A program made the position numbers and the translations under genes. Below, piece by piece: positions 12,621 through 25,740 of a stretch of 64,000 bases of DNA. The notes under the pieces are model-generated. The model was given only the letters and a program-made list of their open reading frames with translations, searched no databases and was not told where the DNA came from. The stretch comes from Octopus vulgaris (lineage: Eukaryota): positions 92,256,001 to 92,320,000 of the forward strand of contig OX597822.1 of assembly GCA_951406725.2 (NCBI GenBank), given 5' to 3'. Every line of letters starts with the position of its first letter. Within the stretch, counting starts at the first letter, position 1.

Positions 12621-15039
12621 CAACTGACTTCTGGTTTATAAATGATTGGCTAAATGACAAGATGAGATCTGAAGATCTTTTGTAGCAGATAACAGCTTTC
12701 CTTTACCTCATTAAAGACCACACTTCATGCTTCAACATGTAGTGGTTAATTATATGTGGTGCAGTATTGCAGTCTGGACATGTTGGAGCACTGCCACTGT
12801 TTAGTCTATTTATGTCTGATTGTTGTTGTCAGGTTAGCCCTAATCCAGTAGACCTTGGCTTAGAGATGTTCCAGCTGTGGTGATAATCTCATTTTAGGGG
12901 CATCTAACTCCACTCTTTCCAATGTGTCCTTTCCTTATTTCAGATGGTATGATATGATTTGGAATAGATTGTTTTAAGATGGTACAGTGTGATTTAAAAG
13001 AAATGTCACTAGTGCATCAAACTAGTTGGCTTTTCTGTAAATGTGTTGATTTAGTGGCATTCACAGTGAGGAAGGGTTCAGTCAGAGCACCATAGTTACT
13101 ATTATATAACTAGTTATTCAAGAAATTTTATTGGGGTAAGATTACACTTGAAAGAGATTATGTTTATACACTTTCCTACAGCAATTATATACACTGTATC
13201 AGTGTATATACATTGACACTAATAGCCGTGTATGTGTTTGAGTGTGTGATAGCTAACTCTATAGTTAGAATTGTAAAAAAACACAACTGTTGAGTTGAGA
13301 TAAAAGAAAACCTTTAAAAGGAAGTATTAAAGTATGTTTTAGCTAACTGAGTCTCAAAGATGAGATCACAATATATTTATATATGCACTGATACGGAATT
13401 ACAGAACTATCCAATCCATCCAACCAGATCCAAGAAATGTGAACTTTATAACACAGTAGTGATAGTCATTGTTGTTAGCAACAAATACAGAGCAGCCAAA
13501 AAGTATATTAGCAAGTATGATTAGTAAGTTAATAATTGATAAACCTCTAATTAGTATTTTAGGTCCTCATGGAATGGATAAAACATATTAAAAAAGGTAA
13601 TTTGAAATTATAAAAAAAGCAAAATAGCTTTATTCACACTTTTTAGTAATATACAATTTGCCTACTTCTTCACTGCTTAATTATAGCAAAATCTTTCATC
13701 TTCAGTTATGTTTTTGGGTGAATGCCAACTTTAAAGGCTGTTTGTTAGTTTATTGTTGCTGTAGATCAAAATAGAAGCTGGTACATCTCCTCCTCTTTTC
13801 ACTATGTGAACCACTTGTTGAGGAGTGAGTGTTCAATACACTCTGACACTACATCCAGTTTTCAGTGTCCTCTTTTCCTACAGAATGTGCTACTCAGAAC
13901 TACTAATTTCTATACCCTTCATCACAAGTACATCCTAAACAAAGTGAATTTATCCTGAAAGTCAAATACATTCTCTCACACTCTCTCACTACTTGTATGT
14001 GTGTATGCACATGAGAGAGAGAAAGAGAGAGCGAGAGACAGACAGAGACAGATACACAAGTATCTCAGAATAAGCAAACTCCAAACAACAGATGCATGTG
14101 TGCCAAAAAAACTTTTGCTTTTTGCCTAAGGAATTCTTCCTCAAGCTTCATCATTGAGTATTTAGACTGGGCTGGTAATTACTCTTGTAACATGCTTAAC
14201 TTTAAATATTACAATTAAGAGACAGCTCAATGGGAAATGTTTACCTCATTCTTCCATATTTTCACTAAATTATGTTTCCTTATTATTACCAACAAGTCTT
14301 TTATTTCACAATTGAACTAGTATCTTCAGTTTTATAAAATATCAAATGAAACAGTCTTCAACTTGTATTAGTAAAAGATAATGTAAAAATTATGTCAACA
14401 CTTTTGTAGTTTGTTAAATAGTAAATCCTGTTCGTAGATCGCCATTGCTCAACAGTGAGGATTTAGGTATTTGATTAACTGAATTACCTGCTCCTGGATT
14501 AATATTTAAGTGACTGAGTATTCCACAGACTTAATGTAATTCTCAGACAAAATCAGTGACACACAATGTGATAAGATTGTATCTTTTGAATTGCAAGTAT
14601 AATCCTCCTGATGGGCTTGTATACATCTACCCATTTTCACTCACATGGTACAGGTTAACCCAAGGCTAGAGAAAAGGATATACAAATTTTGAAATAGTAA
14701 TTTTGATAATTTCTTACATATTAGTTACAACTCTGACCATACATATATGTATTCAGGACCACATTAAAGAAAACTCTTTCATTGGTCTTTCCTGTTGTTA
14801 TTACTACTGTTGCTGTGTTGTTGTCTGTTTTTCTGAAGTTCCTGTCTTCATTTAAACCTCAATAGAGTCTCTTCTTTGACTAGTAGCCCTGTTTAACACT
14901 TCCATCTTGTCCTTAGTTACCATTACCAGATTTCTAAGCAGTCAGACCAAATTTCCAGTTCTCTCTCTACAGTTATTGACTCACAAGTGTTCAAGCTCAG
15001 TATCAGCTGAGATCAGTCTGAAGATGATCTTTCAGCAAA

Positions 15040-15899
15040 GTTCATGAGCATTGTGGATATTTGGTCTTGATGGCCTTTCGTAACTATGTCAGCAAGTTGA
15101 CATAGTACTCTCCATTGATTGTGTGGCTCTTGAACAGAGTCAATAAACAATGCCTTTTGCATCTGATAAAAACTGAGGTCTTTACCTTCCCTACAGATGA
15201 AATGAACTTGGCCATCTTTTGAGCAGGTGAGGAGGGGTGTCTGATTGTCTCTTCATCTCTGACTCAAAGTGATGAACTCAACACCCATCGTGGGTAAGGA
15301 AACATTCAAGGAAACCAGCTGGATCTGCCTCAAACAATGTCAGATTTTTCTATGATGTGATCAGCCTGGTACACTTTTGATCAGATGTCAGTAAACATGA
15401 CACCCACTGAGCAGAAACTTTTGTCATACCAAGTTCATTGTGCAGAATATTCTCAACTATCTCACAGGATATGCTAACAGTACTGGCTATTTGATTTATA
15501 GTCAGTCACCTGTCATCCATCAACATGTAGTGAACACAATGTTTTGCTTGGCAGTGGCAGGACATCCAGATGTTGGATCATCTCCAAGACTCTCCCTTAC
15601 CCTCCTAAATTCAGCTGTACCATTTTTGCACTGTTGATAAAGTTGTCAGTATGAATGTCATTGGGGCTAAATTGTTTTTTTCTGGAGGTACTTGATAACA
15701 TCAGGATGCCAAATTTTGTCAATTTTCATGAGAAGTTGCAACTAGTTGTGTTTGAAGTCTTCTTTGAACAGTCAGATGTCAGTTCATCTGGAAAGAAACA
15801 ATGAAGTTATTAATAAATGTTGAAATTAATGTATGCAAGATTTCACAGCTCTAACATTACTCCTTCATAGTCAACCTATGAACATTTCAGCCCATTCTC
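15040..15899 (-). mobile_element. Degenerate mariner transposon, same family as 1079-2078
   Basis: Ends in CCTATGAACATTTCAGCCCATTCTCA|TA, the reverse complement of the family terminus. The minus strand has VHHFESE-like transposase remnants. Confidence 0.7.
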
Positions 15900-15978
<79 letters not shown>

Positions 15979-16509
15979 GGAGAAATTGTACAGAATGTAT
16001 AAATAGCTGATGAGTAAAGCACTGGCACATTTTCAATTACCTGTTATCCGTAGATTTACTGCAGGAACTTCGTAGCGGCAGTTGAGGTAACAGTATTAAT
16101 AAGATAGGAGATGGAATGTGTAATAGACTTTATCAAGTACAACACATGTTTCGAACTGTTCTGTGTTTCTTCAGGTACATCAATAAAAAGTCGCAATAGA
16201 GATTTCTTGAGTTGGCTTATGTACTGCTATTTGTCCATCAAATTCAAGAATAAGTAAAATCAGTGAAAAATTATTGAAATGTAAATTAGCCCAAAAAGGC
16301 TCTGAAATAGTGCATCCTCAAGAAAGATGAATATGATTTTTGAACCCTGCGTCCCCAAAAGGTCATTGTCCATAAATAATAATCAAAAATTATAATTTGC
16401 CACTAGAAATAGCTCAACTTTTAGATCAACAAATCTCCCACTCTCTACCTGTCATCATCCCACTCTCTCTTTTACTCCTTAACCTATCCCTATGCATTTA
16501 TCCCTCTCA

Positions 16510-16543
<34 letters not shown>

Positions 16544-17319
16544 TTGCTGTCATTTTCTTTAAAACTTCATCTTGTAATGTTTACTTTCATGATGCACAAA
16601 ATGCTACCTTCTAAATCTTGTTTTCTGATGGGTAAAAATGATCAAATTTAAACCCCTGTAACATTTTTCAAAATTTTTTCTGGTATCACAAAATCAAATT
16701 TGTGACAGCAACAGTAAAGATCTCTCTCTCTATTTGTCTTTCATTTTTCACATTTCTCAATGTAAACTCCCCCCACCTCTGTAAATGTCTATTGCTCACA
16801 CTGAGTGTGTATGCATGTGTAAGGAATTTCATTAGGGTGACAGTGATTAAAAAAAATATGTTAAAGATGATTTATTTTAAAAGCATACTTTTCTGTTAAT
16901 AAAATATTTTTTCTTACACACAGACTTGTTTGGTGTCGGGTGGGGATTAAAAAATTAAATTACAAAATAATTTTTTTGTTGTTGCTTAAATCCAGCAATG
17001 TCTTTACCATAAAGATGTCTACCATTGAAGTTTGTAGAGGAGGATGTGAACAGGACAAAATTAGTCTAGGAGAGGGTGACTCATAAATTTTCAAAAGTTT
17101 CATTTTCATAAAAAGCTCCCCTTCACCACCATCATTTGCAAAGGTCTGGTGAAAAAAAAAAAAGGAATTCCAATCAAAACAGAAAATCCAACTTATGTGG
17201 GTGTGCTATTCCAAAAGTCCACCAAGGCACTCTTCCATGAAAATTGCCCAACTACAAGAGGTTACTCAGCTGTATATGTATATATATATAAGCGAGAAAG
17301 AAGCAACAAGAATGGATAG

Positions 17320-17415
17320 GTATTTAGTACAATCGTTTCATACAAGGACAGGCTTTATTAAAAGTTGCAAAAATTACAGCATATAAACGTGTCCCGTACT
17401 CATCAGCTAAAATAC
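17320..17415 (-). ncRNA. Mirror copy of the same hammerhead ribozyme
   Basis: Exact reverse complement of 17744-17839. Confidence 0.8.
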
Positions 17416-17743
17416 ATGTGAGTTCTCTAGACATCCTAGTGGTTGAGGCTATACTCATGAAGTAATGTAGATAATTAAGTAACATAAACAGATTTCCAAA
17501 GTTCATTAAAGTTCTTCTGTGAGTATGTAATCCCTCATCATATCTCTGGAAACTCATATGTGCACTATGGATTAGGTCACCTTCTCTGTGATGCTATTAA
17601 AACTTTTTTAAAATTCTGTGATAAGACTGTACATCATCTTTAAAGAACTTTAATGAACTTTGGAAATCTGTTTATGTTACTTAATTATCTACATTACTTC
17701 ATGAGTATAGCCTCAACCACTAGGATGTCTAGAGAACTCACAT

Positions 17744-17839
17744 GTATTTTAGCTGATGAGTACGGGACACGTTTATATGCTGTAATTTTTGCAACTTTTA
17801 ATAAAGCCTGTCCTTGTATGAAACGATTGTACTAAATAC
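17744..17839 (+). ncRNA. Minimal type I hammerhead ribozyme with extended stem II
   Basis: Stem I GUAUUUUAG/CUAAAUAC; core CUGAUGA 17753-17759; stem II GUACGGGACA...UGUCCUUGUAU; GAAA 17820-17823; minimal stem III C-GAUU-G; predicted cleavage after GUA at 17831. Confidence 0.8.
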
Positions 17840-17984
17840 CTATCCATTCTTGTTGCTTCTTTCTCGCTTATAATCACCCCACATTACTGTATTGTTAAAT
17901 CAGTATAGTTTTTTTTGGTGCATCTAAGTTAGGTACCATATTCAAGTAAATTCATTTAAATTAACTTGAATCTTTATTGCTTTT

Positions 17985-18018
<34 letters not shown>

Positions 18019-18222
18019 CAATTTAGGGTAGCAAAAAATTCAATAGAAATTTATCGCTACCAGCGGCCTAGTGGAAAAGAGAAAATAGTCAAAAACTAAA
18101 ATATATAAATATAACAATTTAGAAATGGCCTTAACAGGCCATTCGTCCACCAGAGAGGGCAGCCAGATGTGTCCTAAATTGTTATATATATATATATATA
18201 TATATAAAAATATATATATATA

Positions 18223-18604
18223 GGCGCAGGAGTGGCTGTGTGGTAAGTAGCTTGTTTACCAACCACATGGTTCCGGGTTCAGTCCCACTGCATGGCACCT
18301 TGGGCAAGTGTCTTCTACTATAGCCTCGGGCCAACCAAAGCCTTGTGAGTGGATTTGGTAGACGGAAACTGAAAGAAGCCCGTCATATATATGTATATAT
18401 ATGTATGTGCGTGTATGTTTGTGTGTCTGTGTTTGTCCCCCTAGCATTGCTTGACAACCGATGTGTCCCCGTCACTTAGCGGTTCGGCAAAAGAGACCGA
18501 TAGAATAAGTACTGGGCTTACAAAGAATAAGTCCCGGGGTCAAGTTGCTCGATTAAAGGCGGTGCACCAGCATGGCCACAGTCAAAATGACTGAAACAAG
18601 TAAA
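18223..18604 (+). mobile_element. Full-length tRNA-derived SINE (family A)
   Basis: GGCGCAGGAGTGGCTGTGTGGTAAG (A box), GGTTCAGTCCC (B box), internal (TA/TG)n and tail TGACTGAAACAAGTAAAA; nearly identical to the copies at 33735 and 34436. Confidence 0.9.
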
Positions 18605-19802
18605 AAAAAAAAAAAGAGAGAGAGATATATGTAAGTGACAATTTTCTTGGTGTGTTGTGCATGTTGCTATACTTGATTATACCATGTTTACATCATGATA
18701 AAGACTTTTACTGAAACAATTGTAGCAGTACCATATAACTCATTTATCAGGTTATGTTTATATATGTGAGTGTGTATGTTTATATATGTGAGTGTGTAGG
18801 TGTGTGTAGCTTTGACTCTGGGGTGCAGCTGTGGCCACATGGCTTCTGGTTTAATCTTTCTCCCTGTTTTGGCAATTATCTTCTGCTATAGTCAACCAGT
18901 GCTTTCTGAATGCATATGATAGATGCAAATTGTATAACGTATTCTCTTGTAAGTGTGTTTGTACACATATCATCTTTATGTTTACTTTGTGCATATCTCT
19001 CGAAATTTGCTGGGGTTCAGATTATGACATCGTTGACATAGGCCTTTCGATGAATTGTAAATTGTCTAGCAGCTTTGTGCTTTCAAAAATGACTGAAATG
19101 AAAATTCCTTTACTCAAAAAGACAAGTACAAATTTGTCATCAGGCTGTAAAAAAAATGCCTTAGTCATATGTATTTACCTAACCAATGCTGGCATGGGTT
19201 GGATAATTTGACCGCATCATGTTCTAGTATCTGTTTTAGCATGGTTTCTGTGTGTGTGTGTGTGTGTGTGTGGAGAGAGAGTGAGAAAGAGAAAATGTTT
19301 TCACAAAGAAACTCTATCTTCACTAATTTAATAACTCTTCTGAAAATGAGCATTTTGAATTTGTGTGTCTTTTTTTTACCATTTCTTTTACTTACGAGTT
19401 AGTAACAGAAAACACATCCCTTAGTCTTCTCAATAGGGTGTTTCATAAAAACAATAAATTTTCATATTTAACTAAAATATCTTCTCAACTCATAATTAGC
19501 ATGCAACATAGTGTGTGAGTGTTGCACACAATATCTTCATTAATCAACTGGTAGAGTTTTATTTCAATTTCCCATTGTCAAACTGGGATAATTAGATTCT
19601 TCTATCAGATTTACATCTGGAAGAACCTAAATTTTATTTTTGTAATTAATGGTTTGTAACAGTAAAATAATAGTTCAATCTTATTTAATAAAACACATCA
19701 TGTGCACGCGCGTGTGCACACACACAAACATGATTGTGCAGTTCAGAAATTTACTTCACAAGCCACATAGTTTTGAACTCAGTCCCAATGTTTGAACTTT
19801 GA

Positions 19803-20023
19803 CCCTTTCGTTACCAACCCAGCTGAAACCGGCTCTGGCTCTGAGTACAAATGTCTTGTTTTCATAAGTTTTGAATTAAAATCTTCCACCAAACCTTAGT
19901 CACAATTTATGTTCCTAACACTAGCTGAATGATAACGAAGTTATTTTACTAAATTCTTTTGTTATATGTAAAGTAATTGAAAGAAATACAGAACATCTCA
20001 AAATAAATACAGTAACGAAAGGG
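19803..20023. mobile_element. piggyBac-type MITE inserted in a SINE
   Basis: TIRs CCCTTTCGTTAC...GTAACGAAAGGG with TTGA/TTAA flanks. An inverted copy lies at 39159-39370. Confidence 0.8.
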
Positions 20024-20830
20024 TTAAGCAAGTGTCTTCTACAATAGCACTGGGTTGACCAAACCCTTATGAGTGGATTTGGGAAGCAGACTGGAAGAAG
20101 TCTATCATATGTATTCATGTTGTAAAATTTTAGTTTTGAAAAATTTAATTACCCTAAATAAATACAATGTGTAGTAGTGTATCTATCAACTCTTCAGTGT
20201 TTGTTTTAGTTTTAGTCATAACATCCATCCACTTAGCTGTGGTCTTGCCAGGACACCACTAAAATATACAAAATAAACACAGTTTTTTTTTTCTTTTTTT
20301 ATATGATATTTTTAAAAAATGGAAACTTTCGTTTATTTATTCATTGCTATCAGAATCATTTGTATTCTGAGTTAAAAGTTTTCCTTTGAAATATTTTTTT
20401 TGTTGTTGCCTAGTCTGGAGGAATTGCTATTGCCCCTGACCTTTGCAGGCCATGCAGGTTTTCTAAGATTAGTGAGCTTCATGCTATTAATGTTTCATTT
20501 AAATTGTTGAGGTCAGAACTTGTGGGGAAGACCTGAGGATAGAAAGGATACAGTGTGTTAATGTTCTGGGGAAGAAGGACTGAGAAGAGCAGCAAGTGTG
20601 GCACTGAGTGAATCTTCAAAAATAGTGTCTTGCCCCATAAACATAAATGCAGTAGTTCAGAGAATTTAAATCAAGTAGGCTCCTTATTGTTACTTGATCT
20701 GACTGATTTCATAGAATAGCAGCCAAACAACCATTAAATTACTCCCTACTGTCTTAAAAGGCCTTGGAAGTGGATTTCTTAGACATCATCATCATTTATC
20801 GTCCGTTGTCTATGCAGTCATCTCAGTGAG

Positions 20831-20901
20831 CGAGGCAGGCTACCCTGAACTGACGACGAGCAATAGACTCAGAAACATATGTCTTCGGGTGCCTTGTCTC
20901 G
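20831..20901 (+). ncRNA. Minimal type I hammerhead ribozyme of the Penelope type
   Basis: Long stem I CGAGGCAGGCUACCCUGAA/UUCGGGUGCCUUGUCUCG; CUGACGA 20850-20856; stem II GAG/CUC; GAAA 20872-20875; palindromic CAUAUG; GUC cleavage triplet 20881-20883. Confidence 0.85.
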
Positions 20902-21049
20902 GCTTGCGGGGGTGATTGCCTCCCCTTTGCAAATATAAGGACACAGAAAATGTGTCAAAGCCGACAGGAGATGTCGATGTTTCCTAGGGCTAAATGGCGG
21001 TGGTGTAATTCCTTTACAGGGCTGTCACATTGAATTGACAGTATACGAC

Positions 21050-21163
<114 letters not shown>

Positions 21164-22129
21164 ATAGAGGTATGTAAGTCTTTTGGTGCAGAAGTGAGGC
21201 ATAGCCCTGTGGGAGCTTCCAGTATAAGGGGAGAGTTTACCAGTATAAGAGAAGGGATTTCCTGTACAAGAGAAGGGTTTTCTGGTATTGGTGGTGGGGC
21301 AGGAAAGGGTGGGCGCATCACGAACATAGAATGGAAGAAATGGCTAGCTTCACCACAAAAACAATCAAAATACCAGCAAAGGGCAATAGTGAAGCAAAGA
21401 ACAATAAAAACACATGAGAATTATGTAAAGTATTTAAAGGGATACAATTCTAGAAGTTTTTAGAGAAAGTAACGAATTACAATTTATGAAGTTATTTTAA
21501 CTTAAGAATGTTAGCTTGTTACTAATATATGTTAAAGTTTCTTCACTTAGCAGCTGGACATTTCGCACGTGATATGATGGTGTTAAATAGCAGGGCAAGA
21601 TAAGAAGGTTTGAGAGAACTGAAAAAAGCCCTTTGTGTGTGTGTGTGAGAGACTGACTGATTTCAATGGATATGTTGAGTAGCATCCAAATGTCTCCAGT
21701 GATGTATATGGTGGCCGTAGAGTTGGTTCTGTAATAAGGAGGGAACAAGGCTACTGGAGTTCTGTGATGCAAATAACCTAATAATCTGCAACACCAACTT
21801 CTGGAAGCCAGCCAGTCACCTGTTCACCTATCAATCAATCAATCACTAGCCAGGTTGACTTCATTCTCACCAGAAAGTGAGATACATGGTTGTTCATAAA
21901 TGCAAAGACCTTATGTCTCAATAAGAGGATTGCTATATTTGGAGCACCTTTGATCATAAATCACTTTGCATGATAACGTTTAGCTTGGAGCTAAACAACC
22001 TACAATTGGGTATCTCTGCCATAGTGGTTCAATCTGTCAGAGATAGCAACCAAGTCTGCTTAAATCAGATTTCACCAATGGCATGCAGGTGTCGATGAAT
22101 GGTTGAATGACCAAATCCAAGCATCTCTG

Positions 22130-22570
22130 TTAGCTCCCCAACAGTTACAATGAGATTTTGTCCCACCAGGTTTTGCAGGACATCCTCTTTGAGTTCTACA
22201 GATCTTCCTGGACGAGGCTCATTTTCTAAGCTGTAGTCATTGGCTTGGAATTTCTGGAACCACTGTTGACACTGACTTACACTTCTTGTTCAATCCCCAT
22301 ATACTGCATTAATATTCCTCCACTTGTTGCCTTTATTGAACTCATACAGTAAAATATGCCAAATATGCTCCTTTGCTACTTCCATTATAACTTCAAAAAA
22401 ATAACTGTTAAAATTGAACAGCATTCTTCAAAACTTGCATTAAGAATAAACAAAAGTTAAAATTACTACCTGCTTTTATAGCAAGTTGATGCAGGTAGTT
22501 TATCACATTCCTCTCCGACTTTTACTTCATGCAGTTGAAAACACTGCATTATTTATGGGATGACCCAATA
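22130..22570 (-). mobile_element. Mariner 5' fragment
   Basis: The minus strand encodes WFQKFQANDYSLENEPRPGRS; terminus TA|TTGGGTCATCCCATAAATAATG. Confidence 0.75.
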
Positions 22571-22779
22571 TATTTTTTAATTAGTTTGAAATTACCCATA
22601 CAATATTAGATGCTGTCAAAAATAAAAACTCCAAAAAACAGCGATTAAAACAATTTTATTTCCTTTCTCAGTCTATTCTAACATATTGAAGATCCTATTT
22701 TGTGTTATCTTTTAGTTCCATTTTATTTTTAAGGATTTCTTTTCTTAGCATTTGAAAGAATATTTCAGGTGTCATAATT

Positions 22780-22810
<31 letters not shown>

Positions 22811-22849
22811 CTATGTGTGTGTATTCATATATATTTCTCTTGCTTTCAG

Positions 22850-22957
22850 ATTTAGAGAGAAAAATATCTATGCGTTCTACACGAGAGGAGTTAATACGAA
22901 AAGGAGTTTTAAAAGAATCTGATGATGTACAGGAAAACCATGTAAATAAATTATTAG
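22850..22957 (+). CDS. PHACTR: Next Phactr coding exon, containing the N-terminal RPEL (G-actin-binding) repeat
   Basis: Acceptor ttctcttgctttcag|A and donor G|gtatgt; 108 nt, phase 1-1. Translates (D)LERKISMRSTREELIRKGVLKESDDVQENHVNKLL, matching the Phactr pattern LERKISMRxxREELIxxGVLKE, and joins in phase to the previous exon. Confidence 0.93.
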
Positions 22958-23489
22958 GTATGTATCATTTATGGTTCTTTAATGTGTAAGTTATTGATGG
23001 TAATGAAATTGTTATATGAAAAAAATAAAAGGTACTCCCATTTTTAAAATTTATTTTTAACTACTGTTCATGAATTCTGGAAAAGAAAAAATTTCTTCTT
23101 TTATAACTTTGGATTTTTTATAAAACTACACTGTATGTGTGTGTATGTGTTGTACATTTATAATCATAGCTGAGACTCTATTAGCAATAAACTCATATTT
23201 TTAATGCTTCTCATAGTTTTGTCCATGCCTTGCTGTTAGTTGTTTAGCCTCAAATCAGTCCTGATCTGTCAGACCTATTGATCAAAGTTTTACCTGTATT
23301 CAGACACATTATCTAATTCATCCTTCCTTTTTTTAAGACTATAGGGTGTGACTGCTATTTCTTCCAGCAGATAGTGACCCTGTGAAGACTCCCACAATGT
23401 CAAGACTTTGATGATCTTGTTATTATTTTGTGTGTGGTCAACCCTAAACAAGATGATATATGGCAAAATGCCTTCTTCTCTTGACTATC

Positions 23490-23797
23490 CCCACTTTTGC
23501 ACTGTTGATAAAGTTGGGGCATCATCCCTAATGTAACGATTATTTCAGTGTGAATGTCACTGAGAGCTAAACTGTTTTTCTGCAGGTACTTGATAGCACC
23601 TCAATGCCAGATTTTGGCGTTTTCAAGAGAAGTCACTGCTTGTTACTTTTGAAGTCTTTGTTGGACAGTCAGATATCAGTTTACCTGGAAAGAAACAATG
23701 CAGTTATTAAGGGTTGAAATTAATGCATGCCAGATTTCACAGCTCTAGCATCACTCCTTCACTGACTAGCCTATGAACTTTTCAGCCCACACTCGTA
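23490..23797 (-). mobile_element. Mariner terminal fragment, same family as 15040-15899
   Basis: Colinear similarity to about 15620-15899; ends CTATGAACTTTTCAGCCCACACTCG|TA. Confidence 0.75.
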
Positions 23798-24239
23798 AGC
23801 CTACTTTCTCCAATGGGTCCTTACTTTTTTAAGATATGTGATTTGAGGAAGATTTGGTTACTGTGTCTACCATGGCAAGTAAACACATTAGAACAGTGGT
23901 TCTCAAACTTTTCAAAAGATTTTATGTGCCAGTCTCCTCACAGTTTTTTCAATGATTCGCAGTCCCCTATAAAAGGTGAGGTAATCAACATGGGGAAAAA
24001 ATGACATACATTCATGTACCATGAATTCCTGACTATGAACCACATTGCCCATAGATCTGCAACCCTGAAAACCACAACTTAATCCAGGCAATGCCCCATT
24101 GGGATACAATAAATGCACATGAAAATATGAGGAATCAGTTGATCACTCGGTTACAAGATGAATGAGAAACGAAAAATACCAACAGCACATGTATGATCAA
24201 CCATTATATCTGCATATTTTCTATCGACCAATCACCCTT

Positions 24240-24927
24240 GTTGTACAAGTGGGATTAGCAAATGAGTGTGTAGGAGTGACATGGGTTTTTGAGGCCAATG
24301 ACAAGAAAAGATGATAGCATGCGACAAATTGAAAGACAGGAACAAAGAGCCAACATGAAATTTGCATTAAATTTGGGAAGTCTGCTATAAGAAACATTGA
24401 GCATGCTTCAGCAAGCTTATGGTGATGAGGCAATGGGCTGAACACAATGTTTCGAGTGGCACAGGCGCTTCAAAAGCAGAAGAACCTCCCTGGAAGACCT
24501 GCTACAATTGTCACACCTGGAAATGTGGTATTGTGCATCAAGAATTTGTCCCCCAAGGCTAGACCATCAATTGAGTGTTCTACTATGATGTTTTGAAGCA
24601 TTTGAGAGAGGACATTCGGTGAAAGCAACTGAATCTACAGAAAGCAAAGAAGTGCATTCTTCACCAAGCTCTGCTCACAAAAACAACATGGTATCACTTC
24701 TGCATCTATTCTATTTGCCAGATTTAGAACCAGCAGACTTCCATCTCTTCTCTAAGATGAAAACGCAGCTTAAAGGTCAGTGTTTTAACACTGTTGTTGA
24801 GATCAAGTGTGAATCACAGAAGGTTCTTGACTTGCTTATGGAAAACGACTTCCAGGCCAGATTCCAAAAGTAGCAGGAATGCTGGGACCCGTGTATCACT
24901 AGTCTGGGAACTTTTTAATACCACCTA
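24240..24927 (+). mobile_element. Internally deleted mariner transposon
   Basis: YLPDLEPADFHLFSKMKTQLKGQCF is the YSPDLAP-type motif; N-terminal CIKFGKSA...CFEWHRRFK. Confidence 0.85.
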
Positions 24928-25709
24928 ATAGAAATTGGTGCTTGAAACTGAAATAATGAAATTCTGTGTTTGTTGAGATATAGAAAACCAGAGAGAGAGA
25001 GAGATAGTTTTAATGCCTATCTGAATTTTATTAAATTTATATACAATGAAAAAGTGTGTGTTAGAGAGAAAATTAAGGCATTCTACATTTTGTTATATAT
25101 AATGAACAATGTATTGAATTGAATGCTATCTAATTTTACTTTCAAACAATTGTGTTGCATTGTATACAGGACAATTTGTTAATCCATTGTAGGTATGGCA
25201 TTTTCAGATGTGCTGACAATGCAGTCATTCACCTGGCAGTCTCTGTGGAATGGCATTGCATACAAGAGCTATTATTTTAATTTTTGCATGTCTAGTTAGC
25301 AAAGTCTTCTAATTAGGTTTTTAGATATATTTGTGATGGTAATATTATAGAAATTAAATTATCTACAGTTTGTGCTTGTGTTGTTTAGCTCCAATTTAAC
25401 CCAGATATCGAGTAGACCCATCAGTTAGAATTTTCACCAGGTCGAGTAGCCTATCCCACTCATTAGGTCCCTGAATAGGATTTGTTTTGAGGATGATGAA
25501 CAAAACACCCATGTTTCCAGAGGATTCCTCTCAACACATGGCTACAATGCTCCCCCACTATTTTTGCTCATGATCAGAGATGTACATATCGTCTGCCACT
25601 AAGGGACATAATCAACTGGTTATGGTCAAACAACTGACAAGTAAATCTGTGGTATTGATCAGAATATTTGCTGTAGCCCATCTTTTATACCAAAACGAAA
25701 CAATGTATA

Positions 25710-25740
<31 letters not shown>

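Larger units (their letters stand above)
17287..17872. repeat. Perfect 230-bp inverted repeat (arms 17287-17516 and 17643-17872, 126-bp spacer); Penelope-like inverted pseudo-LTR structure
   Basis: The arms are reverse complements; the ORF track shows the same 60-aa translation on both strands. (TA)n tracts lie on both sides, and each arm holds a hammerhead motif. Confidence 0.92.

Noticed and set aside
16007-16070. Plus-strand CTGATGA followed by a possible GTAAA/TTTAC stem
   Set aside because: No properly placed GAAA core or stem I.
17324-17835. Two identical 60-aa ORFs on opposite strands
   Set aside because: By-product of the inverted repeat; no recognisable protein motif.
18146-18164. 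CTCF-like CCACCAGAGAGGGCAGC
   Set aside because: Two extra bases break the motif spacing.
18223-18300. tRNA gene
   Set aside because: The A/B boxes belong to SINE heads; no complete cloverleaf or terminator.
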